Source: Nitrososphaeraceae archaeon (GTDB taxonomy: Archaea; Thermoproteota; Nitrososphaeria; Nitrososphaerales; Nitrososphaeraceae). Taken from it: a stretch of DNA of 10,794 nt. Shown one piece after another: positions 7,504 to 10,794 of the stretch. Position 1 is the first letter of the stretch, and each line of letters starts with the position of its first letter. Location: positions 1-10,794 of the forward strand of contig JBIOZG010000027.1 in the NCBI GenBank assembly GCA_044870765.1. Reading direction: 5' to 3'. The translations under genes and the position numbers were made by a program. The notes below the pieces were generated by a model. The model did not search any database. It saw only the letters and a list, made by a program, of their open reading frames with translations, and was not told where the DNA came from.

Positions 7504-7627
7504 GAGTATAGTCAAATTCAAATTGATACAAACCTGAAAATAGTAATAGGATTGATTCGTATACCGATCTTTTTTGCTTTTGACAAGTCCTGATGTTACA
7601 TCTATAGGAGCACATTGGAGTCCGTAG

Positions 7628-7688
7628 TCAATTAGTTCCTGACTCTAGTTTCATTAAATTCATTAAATTCAATTAGTCGTCTGACCCT
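7628..7688. repeat. Composite repeat: two imperfect copies of TCAATTAGT-N3/4-TGAC(T/C)CT flanking tandem (TTCATTAAA)x2
   Basis: Copies at 7628-7646 and 7669-7688 (41 bp offset). The 9-mers are at 7650-7658 and 7659-7667. Confidence 0.6.
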
Positions 7689-7857
7689 CATTATTATCAG
7701 ATAACTTGTTTTCCCGTAGGATGACCACCGCCGTCAAGTTTAGCAAACTCAGGCAATCTTTGCCTATCTTACTTTTTTCCTACATAAGCTCTCTTATTTC
7801 AGTGAACACTCTCATAAGTAAGGAAAAATTCGAAATGACACTACTATCTTATTAAAT

Positions 7858-10197
7858 TTATTTGAAAGTATTGGTGAATACCGTCTTCCCGACTAAGTCT
7901 TTTGATTGGCCAGGTAGGAATTCAGTTTCCAGTTTGTCAAGTTTACCCTTTCCAATTACTAACTGATTATAGTCCTGATCCTTTGAAGGATACCAGTATA
8001 AAAGATTGTTCATCTTATCCCATTTCAATTCATTACTGGTAGACCACACTGTAAATTCTGGAGAGTAATGTATATCAAAAGGAATATAGATGACCGTCGG
8101 TTCCCCTGTGAAGACTTTCCCCTTTAGAACAATCGAAGCATATTTTGAATCGATATCAAAAAATATGAGAATAGGTTCTGCTGAGCTTCGCATTGGATAT
8201 GGGCGTGCAACTGCATCTACATTTCGTGGTTTTCTGTCAGGTCCAAGAAGTGAATAGTTTTCATAATTCCAATTATCCTTGCCATCTTCCGTATTGTATA
8301 GATCGTAGTTCCATATAGTGGCATTAAGAAGAAAGGCTTCTATTTGATTATATTGTAGATCCAAATATTCTCTTATCTGCTCTGCCTCTTGGAATGCCCC
8401 AAATTCTGTTATAAACGGAATTAGTCCACGTTCAGTGGCGGCCTGAGATAATTGACTAAAAATCACGGGAAATTCGATTTTATAAGTGTAAAGACTTTCA
8501 GGGATTTTTACAAATGAGCTGGCAACAGCCAATGTATCGTAGTAATGAAAAGACAGGACACCATTACTACCAAATCTAGAAATTGAGTCTAGGTCACTTG
8601 GCAGGTAAGTTTCCAATTTCTTAGTTACGAGTTTCTTATCTACCATTACATTTTTTATAAAGTCCATTTTAAATGAGCTCTTGACATCAAGGGGGGATGC
8701 TCCATAACTCACGGGCATACCGCCGCTGTCAGCAGGCATAATCCAATCAACTCTTGGTTCAATAAATATAAAGAGCGCCTTGTCAAACTTTTCAATTTCA
8801 GAGTTTACGTTGCGATAATAGTCCATAAGATACTTGGCTTCAAATTCCTTTTTCGGTATAGTACTAGGGTGAGGCTCGTTAAAGGGTTCAACAGCCAAGA
8901 TGGCTGGATGTCCAAGACCATCATTTAATGATTTGAAGAACTTGACAGTCTGACCAATAGTTTTCTCTAAATGCGTGCGAACAGGATAGTTTTTAAGACC
9001 TTCATCTAAGTTTGTCAAATCATTCTCCCAGAATGATTTCAAGGTCTCTTTTAGGGACTTGTTAATCATATATTTAAATTGCCACTTTTTGTCAGGCTTG
9101 GTAGGAGGCTTTGGCTTTTCATGCTCTTCATCAATCACAATGGCCCAATCAGGGAACCCATCACCACCATATACTTCATTTGCAATATCCTGATGGAAAT
9201 CTAAAATTACGTAAAGGTTTCTTGCATGCAGCTCGTCAATTATTTCCTTCATGTATTCAAGATATTTCCTTCCCTCTGGCAGTAACTCTTCTAGGTTTGG
9301 GTTTGGGCGGGGTTCTATAGCTTTCCATGAAATTAAGAGACGTACAATATTAAAACCAAGGTTTTTCAAAAGATCCAGTCCTGTTTTTACCGATTCGATT
9401 TCCTTCTTCAAATCAAGTTTGGATATATCATGAACGTCAAGAGGTGCTATTGGAAGATAAGGAGGCATTTTACTTCTTGACCCAAAGTTCACTCCTCTAA
9501 AAAGAACATATCTTTTCTCTTCATCTCTGAACCAGGATCCGCTCTTCCAAATTCCTTTTCTACCTTCTGCAATAGTTTCTTGTTCTACCACAGATCCTCC
9601 TGTTAGAGCTTCGGCTCCGTGTCTTTGTGAAAGTGCCTTGCGCCTGCCCCTTAGTCCTGCTAATATTATTTGTATTCCGCTTACAGCTAGGGCTATAATA
9701 GTCATGACAAGAAGAAGCACTACGCCAAGTTTCGGATATACCAAGACCAATATAGCCAAAGACGTAATCAATAATCCTAACGCAATGGAAGAGACATCGT
9801 ATGATTCTTCTTCCTTCTTTTTCAAACCTGTGACTATTCTTATGATACCATTAGCTAGTAAACCAAACCCAAGAAAGATGATAAGCCATTTTGTGGCAAA
9901 TTGCGGATAGAAGAAACCTGATCCAATATAAATAATGAGACCGACACCTACACCTATATTGAGCAAGCGAGATGATCTTTTGACACCCTTCGCTAGTAAT
10001 CCACTGGCCAGCCTCTCTGCTCCAAGTGTTATTAAGCCGATTCCGGCCAAAAATAGCCAGATGTAGGCTCCAGCTGGAGTTTCAATGCCATAAAAGAGAA
10101 TCACACCAGAAAGAAGCAAACATAAACTGCCAACAGCAATCTGCAAACCCCAAAACCACGAGGATTTTGAGCCACTTTTGGATATCTCCATATTCAT
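7858..10197 (-). CDS. Fusion protein: N-terminal 6-TM HdeD/DUF308 domain plus glycoside hydrolase family 5 (endoglycoceramidase / EGCrP-like) with GH5 C-terminal beta domain (779 aa)
   Basis: Residues ~10-184 align by eye with the DUF308 protein at 5173-5733. Residues ~216-779 show WFRDEEKRYVLFRGVN, GFNIVRLLISWKAIEP, VILDFHQD, GGDGFPDWA, NEP (acid/base E441), FHYY, ITEFG (nucleophile E598), WNY, DNWNYENYS, RPYP and PTVIYIP..HY. Confidence 0.93.
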   Translation of the reverse strand: MNMEISKSGSKSSWFWGLQIAVGSLCLLLSGVILFYGIETPAGAYIWLFLAGIGLITLGAERLASGLLAKGVKRSSRLLNIGVGVGLIIYIGSGFFYPQFATKWLIIFLGFGLLANGIIRIVTGLKKKEEESYDVSSIALGLLITSLAILVLVYPKLGVVLLLVMTIIALAVSGIQIILAGLRGRRKALSQRHGAEALTGGSVVEQETIAEGRKGIWKSGSWFRDEEKRYVLFRGVNFGSRSKMPPYLPIAPLDVHDISKLDLKKEIESVKTGLDLLKNLGFNIVRLLISWKAIEPRPNPNLEELLPEGRKYLEYMKEIIDELHARNLYVILDFHQDIANEVYGGDGFPDWAIVIDEEHEKPKPPTKPDKKWQFKYMINKSLKETLKSFWENDLTNLDEGLKNYPVRTHLEKTIGQTVKFFKSLNDGLGHPAILAVEPFNEPHPSTIPKKEFEAKYLMDYYRNVNSEIEKFDKALFIFIEPRVDWIMPADSGGMPVSYGASPLDVKSSFKMDFIKNVMVDKKLVTKKLETYLPSDLDSISRFGSNGVLSFHYYDTLAVASSFVKIPESLYTYKIEFPVIFSQLSQAATERGLIPFITEFGAFQEAEQIREYLDLQYNQIEAFLLNATIWNYDLYNTEDGKDNWNYENYSLLGPDRKPRNVDAVARPYPMRSSAEPILIFFDIDSKYASIVLKGKVFTGEPTVIYIPFDIHYSPEFTVWSTSNELKWDKMNNLLYWYPSKDQDYNQLVIGKGKLDKLETEFLPGQSKDLVGKTVFTNTFK

Positions 10198-10218
10198 ACG
10201 TACGTCTTAATTGACCAA

Positions 10219-10225
10219 ATATAAA
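10219..10225 (-). promoter_or_regulatory. TATA box (TTTATAT) of the DUF308-GH5 gene
   Basis: 22-28 nt upstream of ATG 10197, or 28-34 nt upstream of the alternative ATG 10191. Confidence 0.6.
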
Positions 10226-10374
10226 GCAATTATTCAAAGTTAAGAGACCTCCTAAGAGATCTTTTCGCATAACTCAGCGAAGTGTCTTCTATTGGTTTAG
10301 CAGCTTTTGGAAGATATCCTGAAATGGTTGCCATGTAACCTGAAATTCTGAAAATGTATACAGATTTACCACGC

Positions 10375-10382
10375 TTTATTCA
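10375..10382 (+). promoter_or_regulatory. TATA-like box (TTTATTCA) of the DUF1622 gene
   Basis: 24-31 nt upstream of ATG 10406, imperfect consensus. Confidence 0.45.
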
Positions 10383-10405
10383 AAGATTTAGAAATAAGTC
10401 CGTAT

Positions 10406-10792
10406 ATGAGCAATAATAAGATGGTAATGATCTTAGATTATTACATAACCTTAATTACGCTCGTAATTGACGCAGCAGCCGGACTTGTCATAGGAATATC
10501 TGCTATTTTAGCATTTGTTTCTTTTTTAAAGCACTTGAACATGAAGAAAGAGGACCTAACAATGTACTGGGGAACAATAAGAGAACGATTAGCCAGAGGA
10601 TTGCTGCTAGCACTCGACTTAGAAATAGGTAGTGACATATTGAAGACTATCCTCGTCCCCTCATTCACCGAGCTGATAATACTTGCAGTAGTTGTTGCAA
10701 TACGAATTACTCTAAGCTGGTCACTTTCAAAAGAAATTGAAGGACATGCAGGAGATATGGCCAAATCAAAAGGTTTGCAAGATTCGAGATAA
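10406..10792 (+). CDS. DUF1622 domain-containing membrane protein (128 aa)
   Basis: Characteristic R..LARGLLLALDLEIGSDILKT..PS..EL..L..VV.IR..LSW.L.KEI pattern and about 3 hydrophobic segments. Confidence 0.9.
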   Translation: MSNNKMVMILDYYITLITLVIDAAAGLVIGISAILAFVSFLKHLNMKKEDLTMYWGTIRERLARGLLLALDLEIGSDILKTILVPSFTELIILAVVVAIRITLSWSLSKEIEGHAGDMAKSKGLQDSR

Positions 10793-10794
10793 CA

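Noticed and set aside
7721-7855. 44-aa plus-strand ORF (MTTAVKFSKLRQSLP...) with an internal AGGCAA-TCT-TTGCCT hairpin and T tract
   Set aside because: Short, weak promoter, and a 6-bp stem is expected by chance. Cannot be supported without expression data.
7858-9552. Calling the GH5 domain a cellulase
   Set aside because: Motifs match the endoglycoceramidase/EGCrP branch. There is no signal peptide or carbohydrate-binding module, and the predicted orientation is cytoplasmic.
9111-10764. ORFs 9111-9320, 9251-9433, 9638-9910, 10026-10214, 10082-10270 and 10441-10764
   Set aside because: They overlap the DUF308-GH5 or DUF1622 genes and have no independent support.
1-10794. CRISPR array, tRNA/rRNA, transposase, integrase or defence system
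   Set aside because: No regularly spaced repeats, cloverleaf or GC-rich structured RNA, terminal inverted repeats, or recombinase/nuclease motifs were seen.

Overview
AT-rich window that reads as archaeal, most likely a soil ammonia-oxidising Nitrososphaerota (Nitrososphaeraceae-like) genome. This is inferred from TATA boxes about 22-32 nt upstream of start codons (leaderless layout), oligo-T tracts after stops, and the family mix (CHRD, RskA-like, DUF308, DUF1622, DHA2 MFS). It holds about 11 CDSs and no recognisable RNA gene, CRISPR array or mobile element. The main find is a 779-aa fusion of a 6-TM HdeD/DUF308 membrane domain to a catalytically intact endoglycoceramidase/steryl-glucosidase-like GH5 hydrolase. 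On the same strand it is followed by a 14-TMS MFS transporter and a free-standing DUF308 paralogue, with a DUF1622 gene divergent, giving a candidate membrane glycolipid head-group remodelling module. Also notable are a divergent class I isoprenoid-synthase-fold protein, a secreted CHRD protein with no histidines, and a secreted RskA-like domain in an organism presumed to lack sigma factors. All family calls come from motif recognition by eye, not database searches.
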